Assembly: GCF_006345805.1 (NCBI RefSeq) | Contig: NW_021833574.1 | Location: forward strand, 1-64,000 | Reading direction: 5' to 3' | DNA length: 64,000 bases | Source of the DNA: Octopus sinensis | Lineage: Eukaryota | Shown here: positions 49,166 to 60,559 of the stretch, in pieces | Numbering within the stretch: the first letter of the stretch is position 1 | Layout: each line of letters starts with the position of its first letter | Notes under the pieces: model-generated | Databases searched by the model: none | The model's input: only the letters and a program-made list of their open reading frames with translations | Told to the model about the DNA's origin: nothing | Position numbers and translations under genes: made by a program

Positions 49166-49510
49166 AAGGCGGCGAGCTGGCAGTAACGTTAGCACGCCGG
49201 CCGAAATTCTTAGCAGCATTTCGTCTGCCGCTACATTCTGAGTTCAAATTCCGCCGAGGTTGACTTTGCTTTTCATCCTTTCGGGGTCGACAAATTAAGT
49301 ACCAGTTACACACTGGTGTCGATATAATCAACTTAATCCGTTTGTCTATCCTTGTGTGTCCTCTCTGTGTTTAGCCCCTTGTGGGTAGTAAAGAAATAGG
49401 TATTTCGTCTGCCATTAGGTTCTGAGTTCAAATTCCGCCGAGGTCGACTTTACCTTTCACCATTTCGGGGTCGATTAAATAAGTACCAGTTACACACTGG
49501 GGTCGATGTA
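49166..49510 (+). mobile_element. SINE family B dimer
   Basis: Junction aagaaata|ggtatttcg at 49398/9. Confidence 0.9.
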
Positions 49511-49777
49511 TCTTCATATATATGTATATATATGTGTCTTCATATATATTGGAAGCCATTGCAGCTCAGTAGTCATAGGTCCTCCAACAGTTTCGATGAT
49601 GAGCAACATGTATGCGGCTGAATATTCTACAGACACCTGCATCTTTAACATAATATAATTCTAATTTAATTATTGGTCCGAATCATCATGACACCGTGCG
49701 TGACAAGACTAGATATTCGGATTACAGGTAAGTCCCAAAGAGAGAGAGAGAGAGAGAGAAGAGAGAGAGATAGAGAT

Positions 49778-49814
<37 letters not shown>

Positions 49815-49925
49815 TGAAAGGCAAAACTGACTTCGGCGGAATTTGAACTCAGAGCGCAGGGAAGCGGAACGAATACCGAAAGGAATTTGATCTTACGCTC
49901 TAAAGATTTCGCCAGCTCACCGCCT
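49815..49925 (-). mobile_element. SINE family B, 5' fragment
   Basis: ggcggaatttgaactcagagcg...gccagctcaccgcctt. Confidence 0.8.
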
Positions 49926-50391
49926 TTGATGTTCAATAAGGACAAGGTTAAAAATTAGACGGAGGTATGATTTTTTTTCCTGAATCTTCTGCTATAAGTT
50001 CATTCAAATGAAAGATTATGCTTGGAAGGAATATATAAAAATTTCCCCAATATTTTACTGGTATTTCATTTTATCGATGCACAAAGGATGAAACACAAAG
50101 TTAGTTTTTTAATCTATTATATGTTCATTCATATGTAAGCTATGCTTTACTGGAATATATCAAACCATCCTCAGTATTTTTCTGGTACTTAATTTTACTG
50201 AGCCAAGAAGAATGACAAAAGCAAGTGTCTTAGATTTCCGTTATAATTTCATTGACATCAAAGTTATGCTTTCCAAGAGTATTAAATATCCTCCAGGAAT
50301 TCACTGGCATTTAATTCTATCGACGTACAAATGATGAAAGGCAGAATTAGCATCGGGTATCTATTATAATTTCTATTAAAATCTTAAAGAA

Positions 50392-50792
50392 CATTCTTTT
50401 CTACTCTAGGCACAAGGGCCGAAATTTTTGGCGAGGGAGCCAGTCGATTAGATCGACCCCAGTACGCAACTGGTACTTAATTTATCGACCCCGAAGGGAT
50501 GAATGGCAAAGTCGACCTCGACGGAATTTGAACTCAGAACATAAAGACAGATGAAATACCTATTTCTTTACTACCCACAAGGTGAAAAACACAGAAGGGA
50601 CAAACAACGACAGACAAACAGATTAAGTCGATTACATCGACCCCAGTGCGTAACTGGTACTTAATTTATCGATCCAAAAGGATGAAAGGCAAAGTCGACC
50701 TCGGCGGAATTTGAACTCAGAACGTAAAGAAAGACGAAACATCGCTAAGCATTTCGCCTGGCGTGCTAACGTTTCTGCCAGCTCGCCGCCTT
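50392..50792 (-). mobile_element. SINE family B dimer
   Basis: Junction gaaatacc|tatttcttt at 50560/1. Confidence 0.9.
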
Positions 50793-50927
50793 CGTCTTAA
50801 AGAATATTAAACCGTTCCCAAGTATTTCATTGCTATTCAATTTCATCGATCCATGACAGATTAAAGGATTCCATTCACACTTATTTTATGCTTTTTAAGA
50901 TTAAATTATCCTCAATAAACCCCAATA

Positions 50928-51346
50928 GGCGCAGGAGTGGCTGTGTGGTAAGTAGCTTGCTTATCAACCACATGGTTCCGGGTTCAGTCCCACTGCGTGT
51001 CATCTTGGGCAAGTGTCCTCTACTATAGCCTCGGGCCGACCAAAGCCTTGTGAGTGGATTTGGTAGACGGAAACTGAAAGAAGCCCGTCGTATATATGTA
51101 TGTATACATATATGTGTGTGTGTGTATGTTTGTGTGTCTGTGTTTGTCCCCCTAGCATTGGTTGACAACCGATGCTGGTGTGTTTACGTCCCCGTCACTT
51201 AGCGGTTCGGCAAAACAGACCGATAGAATAAGTACTGGGCTTACAAAGAATAAGTCCTGGGGTCGATTTGCTCGACTAAAGGCGGTGCTCCAGCATGGCC
51301 GCAGTCAAATGACTGAAACAAGTAAAAGAGAGAGAGAGTAAAAGAG
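50928..51346 (+). mobile_element. SINE family A, full length, young-looking
   Basis: ggcgcaggagtggctgtgtggtaagtagcttg through gtaaaagag; used as the in-window reference. Confidence 0.95.
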
Positions 51347-51514
51347 TAATATTTTATTGGTATCTATTTTTATCGGCTCACGAAGTATGAAAGGTAAAAG
51401 ATACTTGTAGTCTTCTATCATAATCTTATTCTTATAAAATACTAGGTCGACCCATCAACGCAAGAAGGATGAAAAAGTAAGTTAATTTTAGTCTTCTATC
51501 CTTATATGAATTAA

Positions 51515-51869
51515 CTCATTGCCTGCCATGGGCCCCGTTTAGGGATCTGCTAAAAACAGACTCACTGCTGGTTGTTCGTTGTATATAAAGTGAATTTCTT
51601 ATTTACATTGCATTTGCAGAGATGTGTTTAACAATATTTAGTAATTAAAGTTTGTCATTATTAGCTCTGGCTAATTCCAGGGGACATATTACGCCATAAA
51701 TCGCAATCTTTCAACTAGAAAAATATTGACTGTTTTGAAAACGTTTTTTTCTTTTTTGCATTTCCCATTTATATCATTCATTGATGTTTCATACACATTA
51801 AGACACCTGGAAAACCAAAAAAAAAAAAAAACCAACAAAATATGAATAAGAAAATTGGCAGTTAATGGG
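51515..51869. mobile_element. TTAA-flanked non-autonomous DNA transposon (piggyBac-like)
   Basis: TTAA|CTCATTGCCTGCC ... GGCAGTTAATGGG|TTAA (13-bp TIR, 3 mismatches). Confidence 0.65.
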
Positions 51870-52757
51870 TTAAAATCGAGACCAATTTTCATTAACATTT
51901 AAATCTTATCGATGCACGAAGGATGAAAAAGCAAATAGTATTAAACTTCTGATATATTTCTATTCACATCTAGCTTATTCTAGTCACCCCCAGCATTATA
52001 CTGGTATTTAATTTTATCCATCGACGAAGGATGAAAGGCTAAAGGATTTTTTAAACTTTTAGTCTTCTACCATAATTAATTCTATTCAAATGTAGATCAA
52101 GATGTATTAGAATATTGAATCCCCCCTCCTCACCCCCGCTGCATTTAACCGGTATATATGTTATCGACTCCGGTCGAACAAAAAGGTGCAGCTACAATTG
52201 AGAGGATTTGAACTGAAGAAGAAAAGGGTGCAACTAAATAACACAAGGTATTTTCTCTTTGTCGGTTGCTCGACCGATTCTGCTAAGCAAAGGAATCACA
52301 TAAAATCTATTATATTATAAATATTTTGAAACTGACAGTCATATCGAATGAATTTACTTGATTGCCAAGTCTTGGTGGATTTCGAGCTGAGAAAAGTTAT
52401 AGGGTGTAGTTAAATACCACCAGGTATTTTGCCCGGTACTCTAATAATAATGCCATCACGTGTGTTTTGAGCGTATGTAAGTGTGTCTATGTGTGTGGTG
52501 TGTGTGTGTGTGCGTGTGTACAGGCGTCACTTTCGGGTGCAGTCTACCTGGTTGCTTACACTTTTGCGCTCATTCTAAAATTAACCCAAAGCTCTAACCG
52601 TTAACCCTAAAATCTAAGTCTAAACCGTTAACCCTAAAATCTAATCTAACTCAGATCAGGACATTTCATTGCGTAGACTACGGACACTGCGGTAGACGAC
52701 ACGTTGAAGTAGCACTCACACACACACACACACACACAAAATACACACACACACAAA

Positions 52758-52789
<32 letters not shown>

Positions 52790-52863
52790 TCATACACGAA
52801 GCGTGGTGAACGTCACTTCGATGAGTGTCCGAATGAAAGCTAGCAGACCGAAACTTCGAACTT

Positions 52864-52940
52864 AGTTGATTGAAATTCGTGGGTACTCTTGTCTTTCAAG
52901 TGCTTGAAACTCAAGAGTACCCACGAATTTCAATCAAACT
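52864..52940. repeat. 77-nt hairpin: 26-bp perfect stem, 2x2 internal loop, 6-7-bp inner stem
   Basis: 52866-52891 is the exact reverse complement of 52912-52937. Confidence 0.95.
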
Positions 52941-52946
52941 GTTTTG

Positions 52947-52987
<41 letters not shown>

Positions 52988-53165
52988 CAGTGATGATGGC
53001 TTCATCTTGACAGATAATAGCCATCTTAATTAATCTCCATTGCGTCTATATTCTCTGAAATGGCTCTTAAGACCAGCAGTTGACCTGTAAGGCTTCAATC
53101 ATATGCAAGAGATAAGACTCAAATATATATACGACACGCATATAGTTACATCTTCATATATACAT

Positions 53166-53558
53166 ATCGTCGCTATTATGCAAAAGTATCGTAAGTCCAA
53201 AACGTTGCTTTTCCAGAAAACGAAAGAATAGTTTCACTATTCCATTTCTTTTTACATTAGCAACGGTTTCAGCTTAACAATAAATACTTTGTTGGCTGCA
53301 TAAAATCGTGACTCCATGCCTCTATGATATTTTCATTCAGAAATAGTTTTGCAAAACTGTCGTATGTGGGACTTACTACACTTTTGAGAAATGCTAAACC
53401 GTTTCATATCATAAATTTTCATACCTTGGCTTCTGAAGCAGCTGGAGATACGATAGTTTGACAAAAAGAACCAGCTATTGCAAGCAAAATTAAATATCGA
53501 AAAGAAACGCACTTGGCCAGATTTCGACATTCGATAGTTTAAACATAACAGCAACGAT
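53166..53558. mobile_element. MITE with ~15-bp TIR ATCGTTGCTGTTATG, copy 1
   Basis: atcgtcgctattatg ... cataacagcaacgat; homologous in inverted orientation to 55837-56059. Confidence 0.7.
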
Positions 53559-54220
53559 ATAAATACACATCCATATACACATGCGTATATATATGTAAAT
53601 ACAAATTCCTGCAGATATATGCATACACACACACACCTAGAAATATAGATGCACACAATAAAATATATACATATGCACACAGACTAAAACACACACACGC
53701 GCACATATACATACGCACAATGCACTGTATAACAATAAAGCGGCCGGAAGTGCCGGCGGTCATCATAATTCTCAGTAACTGCTCTGACTGTGACGTAACA
53801 TCCTTAGCTAAAACAATTAATTCCCTTTTCACAACATCCCAGTTCACTTAGCTGGAGGTAAGGTACTACAGGGTGGTCTAGTTAGTTAACTAATTACTTA
53901 ATTATTTTTAATTAGCTGCTTAATTGGGCGGTCGGTCGGCTGGTTAGTTGGTTGGTCGGTTGATCTGTTGCTTGCTTCCTTGCTGTGCGCATTGAAAGCG
54001 TTGAAATAATATAGCTGTGAGGGCTTCATTTCCGCTCGTTGAGAGGAAGCTGCACGTGGACTTCCTTTCGATCCGCTAGAAATGAGAGTTAAATCTTTCG
54101 CATGCCACATTCCGCTGACTTTGAGAAAGACCAAAACAGGTATATATCGAGCTGTTTAATTTACATCATTTTTATCCTTTCTTGGTCGATAAAAAGACTG
54201 AAAAAATTATAGAGGTACAG

Positions 54221-54487
54221 GTGTAGGCGTGTGACAAGAAGTTTGCTTCCCAACCACATGGTTCCAGGTTCAGTCCCACTGCGTGGAACCTTGGGCAAGT
54301 GTCTTCTATTATAGCCTCGGGCTGACCAAAGCCTTGTGAGTGGATTTGGTAGACGGAAACTGAAGGAAGCACCTCATGTGTGTATGTGTGTGCGCGCGTG
54401 TGTAGATAGATAGATGGATAGATAGATGGATAGATAGATAGATAGATAGATAGATAAATAGATAGACAGATAGATAGATAGATAGAT

Positions 54488-54520
<33 letters not shown>

Positions 54521-54744
54521 CAGACAGATGTGCGTGTGTTTTTGGTTAGAGTTTGTTCCCCCATCACCGTTTGACAACCGCTGTTGGTATGTTTACGTCC
54601 CTGTAACGTAGCAGTTCGGCAAAAGGGATCGATAGAATAAGTAAGTGGCTTTAAAAGAAAATAAATACCGGAGTCGATTCGTTCGATTAAAATTCCTCAA
54701 GGCGGTGCCCCAGCGTGGTCGCAGTCAATTAAACAGACTAAAAA
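54221..54744 (+). mobile_element. SINE family A, full length, with (GATA)n in the internal slot
   Basis: Head and tail intact around a ~115-nt GATA tract. Confidence 0.88.
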
Positions 54745-54755
54745 TATATATGTAC

Positions 54756-54795
<40 letters not shown>

Positions 54796-54984
54796 CATAT
54801 ATATAGATATATGTTTGTCCGGGTATTCGCCTGTATTCGTACTGGGTGGAGGGCATTAATACACTCTAGCGCGCATGTACATACACAAATGGGATGGCCT
54901 CGACTGGAATGCTTTTGATCACTTATCAACTGGAGCGGAACCGATGTTCGACCTAAATATGAGGCAGCAACGGTGAGTTTCCAT

Positions 54985-55075
54985 GCTCGGTTGAGTTCCT
55001 AAAAACAGTAGTCAAATCTCCCTCAAATCGCTTCCTAAGTCAATCAATATTAGATCATGTTCCCTTAGATACACC
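54985..55075. mobile_element. Unclassified dispersed repeat (family F) fragment
   Basis: ctcggttgagttcctaaaaacagtagtcaaatctccctcaaatcgc. Confidence 0.45.
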
Positions 55076-55276
55076 GTATTGCTTCCATTATAATTCCCTT
55101 TACATCTCAGCTACATTGAAGAATTATTAAACTACCCGTTTATGTACGTTTGTGTGTATATGTATGTATGTGTATGTGTGTATGTATGTATTTTATATAT
55201 ATACACACACATACATTTATATGTCTGTCTGCCTATCTATAAATACCTATTCATCTGTCCCCATATATATACGTGA

Positions 55277-55398
55277 CAGGCCCGAGGCTATAGTAGAAGA
55301 CATTTCCCAAGGTGCCATGCAGTAAGACTGAACCTGGAACCATATGGTTGGTAAGCATAGCCACTCCTGCGCCTGGCAAGCTACTAGCCACACAGCCA
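55277..55398 (-). mobile_element. SINE family A, 5' fragment
   Basis: cccgaggctatagtagaagacatt...gccactcctgcgcc. Confidence 0.85.
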
Positions 55399-55836
55399 TA
55401 TATATATATATGTGTGTGTGGTGTGTGTGTGTGTGTGTGTGGTGGGATGCGTGTGTACGCATGTGTGCATCTATGTATGTTAGCATACAAGGCCACTTAG
55501 TATAAATAACGCAAAGCCTTGTGTTGCATCATCGAACGAAACAAGAGGTGGACTGTAGCATTCGTTATTTTGAATACAACCTCAAGAGACACAGTATTAA
55601 CAGAGAACCGGTTTAATCGTCTTTTAATAGGCCTTAATCATGAACACGGGAGACAAGCCTCAAAGAAACACTAGCATATATCGGGAATGAATACACCAGA
55701 GTGTATCACAGTTTCCATCTCACAGGTATTACCCATAAGGTATTGGTCAAACGGGGCAATTGTAGGACGTTCTGCACAAATGAACCCGCAACAGTCTACA
55801 AGATTGGCGAATGCTTTAACCATACAGCTATACTTA

Positions 55837-56059
55837 TTCGTTGCTGTTATGTTAAACTATTCTATGTCCAAATTCGGCCAAATGCGTTTCTTTCCATATT
55901 TAGTTTTACTTGCAATAGCCGGTTCTTTTGGTCAAACTGTCGTATCTCCAGCGACTTCAGATGCCAAGATATCAAAATTTTTCAAAAGGTAGTACAACGG
56001 GTTTGCTATGGAAAAAGCAACGTGTTAGACTTGCGACACTTTTGCATAATTGCAACGAT
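55837..56059. mobile_element. MITE with ATCGTTGC TIR, copy 2 (internally shorter)
   Basis: ttcgttgctgttatg ... cataattgcaacgat. Confidence 0.7.
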
Positions 56060-56230
56060 ATACATATGAGTGTGTGTGTGTGTGTGTGTTCCCCACAACC
56101 AGTAGTCAACTGGTGTCCGATTGTTTACGTCTCTGTAACTTAGTGATGAGAATGTTATAACAATTATCAAACTGGGGTCGATTTATTCGAATAAATCCTT
56201 CAAGACGGAAATAAGGGAATAAGAAAGAAT

Positions 56231-56314
56231 GGGCTTACAGCTGTTTCTGCTATCAGATACAATGCACCCTTATTTGGGTGAGTGTGTATGACTCTGCAGC
56301 CTCATCGGAGCTTC
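56231..56314 (-). ncRNA. Type-I hammerhead-like motif, CCGATGA core, long helix II
   Basis: CCGATGA (56308-56302), helix II ggctgcaga..tctgatagca, GAAA (56247-56244), palindromic ACAGCTGT helix III, triplet GTA, short helix I gct/agc. Confidence 0.55.
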
Positions 56315-56434
56315 AAAAATGAAGTGCATATTTATTTAGAAAGCTTTTAATGAGCTTGTGTGTATGTGTGCGCGTACATGTATATATTTATGTGTACGTG
56401 TATGCATGTATGTCTGCATGTCTGTATACACACA

Positions 56435-56470
<36 letters not shown>

Positions 56471-56655
56471 TACAGCTGTTTATGGGTGTGTTGTTGTATA
56501 GGTATGCAGGGTCAGCGCATATAGATGCCACACCCTGTTTACTGTAGTGGCAAGCGAAGTTGCCTTCATACCTTTCCCAAGGAAATTAGCAAGTGAAATT
56601 AGAGCATAAAGAAATATATAAATATACACATTATTATACATACCTACGTTTACGT

Positions 56656-56741
56656 ATGTATGTATGTATGTATGTATGTATGTATGTATGTATGTATGTA
56701 TGTATGTATGTATGTATGTATGTATGTATGTATGTATGTAT
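56656..56741. repeat. (TATG)n microsatellite
   Basis: Direct reading. Confidence 0.95.
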
Positions 56742-56920
56742 GAAAGGATATGGGTGTACGAAGTACGTACATATGTATGTAAATGTGTATGTGTGTATGT
56801 ATGCATATCTGTATACGTATGTATGTGCTGAAGTTTTTTAACCACGAGCATGAATCAAGACAATCCTTCCATGATCATCCTGTCCTTTTAAGCGATTTGA
56901 AGACGTTTATCTTTTATTAT

Positions 56921-57336
56921 TTGCTTGTTTCAGTCATTAGACTGCGGCCATGCTGGGGCACGACGTTGAAGAATTTTACCGCAGAACATTTTTTACTGTT
57001 ATGGATTCATTTATTTATCTTCCTTTCAGCCTAGTACTTATACTGTTGCTCTATTTTACCGAACCGCTAAGTTATGGGGACGTAAACACATCAACACCGA
57101 TTATTAGGTGGTCGAGTTGGGGGTCAGACATAGACAGACACACACCCAAGCACACACATTCATACACGCACACCTATGTACAACGGCCTTCTTCCAGTTT
57201 CCGTCTACCAAATTCACTCACAAGACTTTGGTCGGTCCAAGGCTTTAGTAGAAGTCACCTGCCCAAGCTACCACGTAGTGGGACTGAACTCTGAACCATG
57301 TGGTTGGGAAGCAAGCTTCTTACCACACAGCCACGC
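56921..57336 (-). mobile_element. SINE family A, full length, diverged
   Basis: Tail tgtttcagtcatt.gactgcggccatgctggggca to head cttaccacacagccac. Confidence 0.88.
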
Positions 57337-58457
57337 ATATGAATATTTTAATCTAGTGTTTTCATACCCCGTGATATTTCTGTGCGATTTCAGCGAAATC
57401 TGGCTGTTGTTTCTAGCAGATCGAGTCATCACATAACGCCTACTTCGTTACCTTGACACATGTCTGCTAACGTATTCATGTTTGTGTGTGAATGTACTAC
57501 ACACAGAGACACACACACAGAAAGACACACAAATACCTACATACAAACATACATACATACATACATACAAACATACATACATACATACATACATACCTAC
57601 ATACATACATACATACATACATACATACATACATACATACATACATACATACATACATACAACCACCCACACATAAGTACAAACACTCACAGCTTGCGAG
57701 TATTTTTAGTTCCTGGTATAGAAATGACAATTAACTATTCGAAATATTTTACATGGGTACGTTGGGGTGGAATGTCCTGAGGATGGTTTGTAATAGGGGT
57801 ATTTGCTGAACTATTTAATTTCCCGCGGAATAACTGTCTATAAAACCCTAGTGTCCTTGTCTTCTGTAAGCTAATCAATCCCTTTCGATACTTCCACAGA
57901 CAAGCCACCCGCTTTACTCTGAAGCGTTGAATAGTTAGCTGCAACACGGGTGGTGTAACTCACGCTCTATGTATACAAGGTGCTACTATATACGGGTGGA
58001 TAGTACCTTACAGGTTTTCTTCCTTATCTTCTGATAGAAATGAGGTCGTTCGAAATGCTAACAATAGCGGCCAAATCTTCCTCAAATAACACCCAGCCTT
58101 TTTTCAATAAAGAGTTGTACACGTCATACCCCCTTCCCGCCACCACCACCACCACTACTCTCTCGCAGAATAACTTCGCTGACACCTGTAAGCAACGGGG
58201 GCAGCAGCAGCAGCATCAGCAGCAGCGATGTGGAATTATCGACTGCGAGACTTTCTTACGGGAAAAAGTTACGAGTTCGATTCTTTCCGCGGGAAAAAGA
58301 ATTTAAAAAAAAATATGACCAGGGAAGGGAAGAAGGATGAGTAAAAAGAACGAAGGGGGAGAGCAGTTGCCTGGAAAACTGAAGGCGGGAGAGGATATCA
58401 TAAGTGCTTTTAATTCAAAGTGTATATATGTGTTCCTCATGTATATACAGTTTCATT

Positions 58458-58590
58458 CTTACTCTTTTACTTGTATCAGTCATTTGACTGTGGCCATGCT
58501 GGAGCACCACCACCTTTAGTCGAGCAAATCGACCCCAGCACTTATTCTTTGTAAGCCTAATACTTATTCTACTGGTCACTTTTGCTAAGT
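58458..58590 (-). mobile_element. SINE family A, 3' fragment
   Basis: actcttttacttgtatcagtcatttgactgtggcc. Confidence 0.88.
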
Positions 58591-58785
58591 TATATATATT
58601 ATATACGCAAAGCATAATATGTTATACATGTATGTATATTATTATAATTGTCCTTTTAGTAAATAAATAAATTGACATGATATAATGTCTAAAAGTTGAT
58701 GAGTAAAACCTATTGATCCCTCCATTTTCTTATTACTCTCTCTCTCTCTCTTTCTCTCCTCTCTCTCCGTCCCTCTCTCTCTCTG

Positions 58786-58818
<33 letters not shown>

Positions 58819-58819
58819 A

Positions 58820-59139
58820 TTGTTGTTGTTGTTGTTGTTGTTTGTTCCTTCTCGAGCCATACCTGGCTCATAAGGGCCGTTTTCCCGGTTTCATTGGCGT
58901 ATAGGTTCCCCACCTGGACGGGACGCCAGTCCGTCGCAGGTGAGCTGCTAGACGCAGGAGGAAAGAGAGAGAGGAAGTTGTGGCGAAAGAGTCAGCAGAG
59001 TTTCGCCATTATCTTCTGCCGGAGCAGCGTGGAGATTAGGCGTTTCGCTCATAAAAACACACATCGCCCGGTCTGAGATTCGAACCAGCGATCCCTCGAC
59101 CGCGAGTCCGCTGCTCTAACCAGTAGGCCATGTGCCTCT
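58820..59139 (-). mobile_element. SINE with C-type head/centre and Y-type tail ending in (CAA)n
   Basis: Reverse complement agaggcacatggcctactggttagagcagcggactcgcggtc...cctgcgacggactggcgtcccgtccagg...cccttatgagccagg. Confidence 0.88.
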
Positions 59140-59159
59140 ACAATTCAAGGTATGTAGGG

Positions 59160-60500
59160 CAGCAATTTTGACAGGAGAGAATTTAGTCGATATAATCGAC
59201 CCTAGTATTTGACTGGTACTTTATTTCATCGACCCCCAAACGAGAATAAAAGATGATGAGTTTCACTTCAGCGTGATTTGAACTCGGAATCCAACAAAGC
59301 ATTGTGTTCGATTCTACGAATCGAACCACCTAACACCAAAGATAATAATCCTTCTACTGTAGGCACAAGGCCTGAAATTTTGGTGGCGGGAAATCACGTT
59401 GGTTTCATCGACCCCGAGTACTTAACAGGTACATATTTTTCAGCCCCCTGAAAAGATGAAAGACAAAGTCGACCACGGCAGAATTTTGAACTCAGAACGA
59501 AGCGGCAGACGAAATACCTATTTCTATTTCTTTATTGCCCACAAGGGGCTAAACACAGAAGGAACAAACAAGGACAGACAAACAGATTAAGTCGATTATA
59601 TCAAGCCCAGTGAGTAACTGGTACTTATTTAATCGACCCTGAAAGGATGAAAGGCAAAGTCGACCTCGGCAGAATTTGAACTCAGAACGTAACGGCAGAC
59701 GAAATACGGCTACGCATTTCGCCCGGCGTGCTAACGATTCTGCCAGCTCGTCGCCTTAATAATAATTATAATAATGATTCCAAATTTTGACACCAGGCCA
59801 GCAATTTGAGGGGAGGGGTGTAAGTCGATTACATCGATTCCAGTATTCAACTGGTACTTGATTTATCGACCACGAAACGATGAATGGCAAACGACCACCT
59901 CGTAATTTGAAATCATGACAACGATAATAATTGTTTCAAAAGGGCAGCTTGCGGAGGTGGGGATGAATCGATTACATCTGCCCTAGTGTTCAACTGGTAC
60001 TTATTTTAGTGACTTCGAAACGATGAAAGGCAAAGTCGACCTCGGCCGAATTTAATAACAACGATAATAAGATTCTAACATAGGTACAAGACCTGAAATT
60101 CGGGAGAAATTTAGACAATTATATCGACTCCAGTACTTCCCAAGTACTTTGCTTTATTGACCCCAGAACAATAAATGGCAAAGTTCACCTCAGACGGGAT
60201 TGAACTCGAGATGTAAAATGCACCGAAGCACATAACACAACGTATCTCTTCCGACGCTCTACCGATTCTGCCAAATATTATTATTAACAATTATTTCTAC
60301 TCTAGGCCCAAGGCCTTGAAAAGTTTTGGGAAGGGGACTAGTCAGTTACATCGGTAACTGGTACTTATTTCATCGACTCCCGAAAGGATAAAAGGCAAAG
60401 TCGAACTCGGCGGAAGTTGAACTCAGAACGTAGTGACGGACGAAATACCGCTAAGCATTTCGCCCGGCATACTTCACTATTCTGCCAGCTCACCGCCTTT

Positions 60501-60559
<59 letters not shown>

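Larger units (their letters stand above)
50040..52200. repeat. Decayed ~120-bp tandem array built on a SINE B core segment, interrupted by younger insertions
   Basis: Anchor atcg....a.gatgaaa recurs at ~50072, 50195, 50320, 50845, 51374, 51457, 51908, 52021 and 52163. Confidence 0.55.

Noticed and set aside
53166-56059. Single 2.9-kb transposon with long TIRs
   Set aside because: Each of the two inverted segments has its own pair of short TIRs, so they are two independent MITE copies.
58040-58306. 88-aa ORF with poly-T/poly-Q
   Set aside because: It starts inside a family F repeat fragment; low-complexity content and no recognisable domain.
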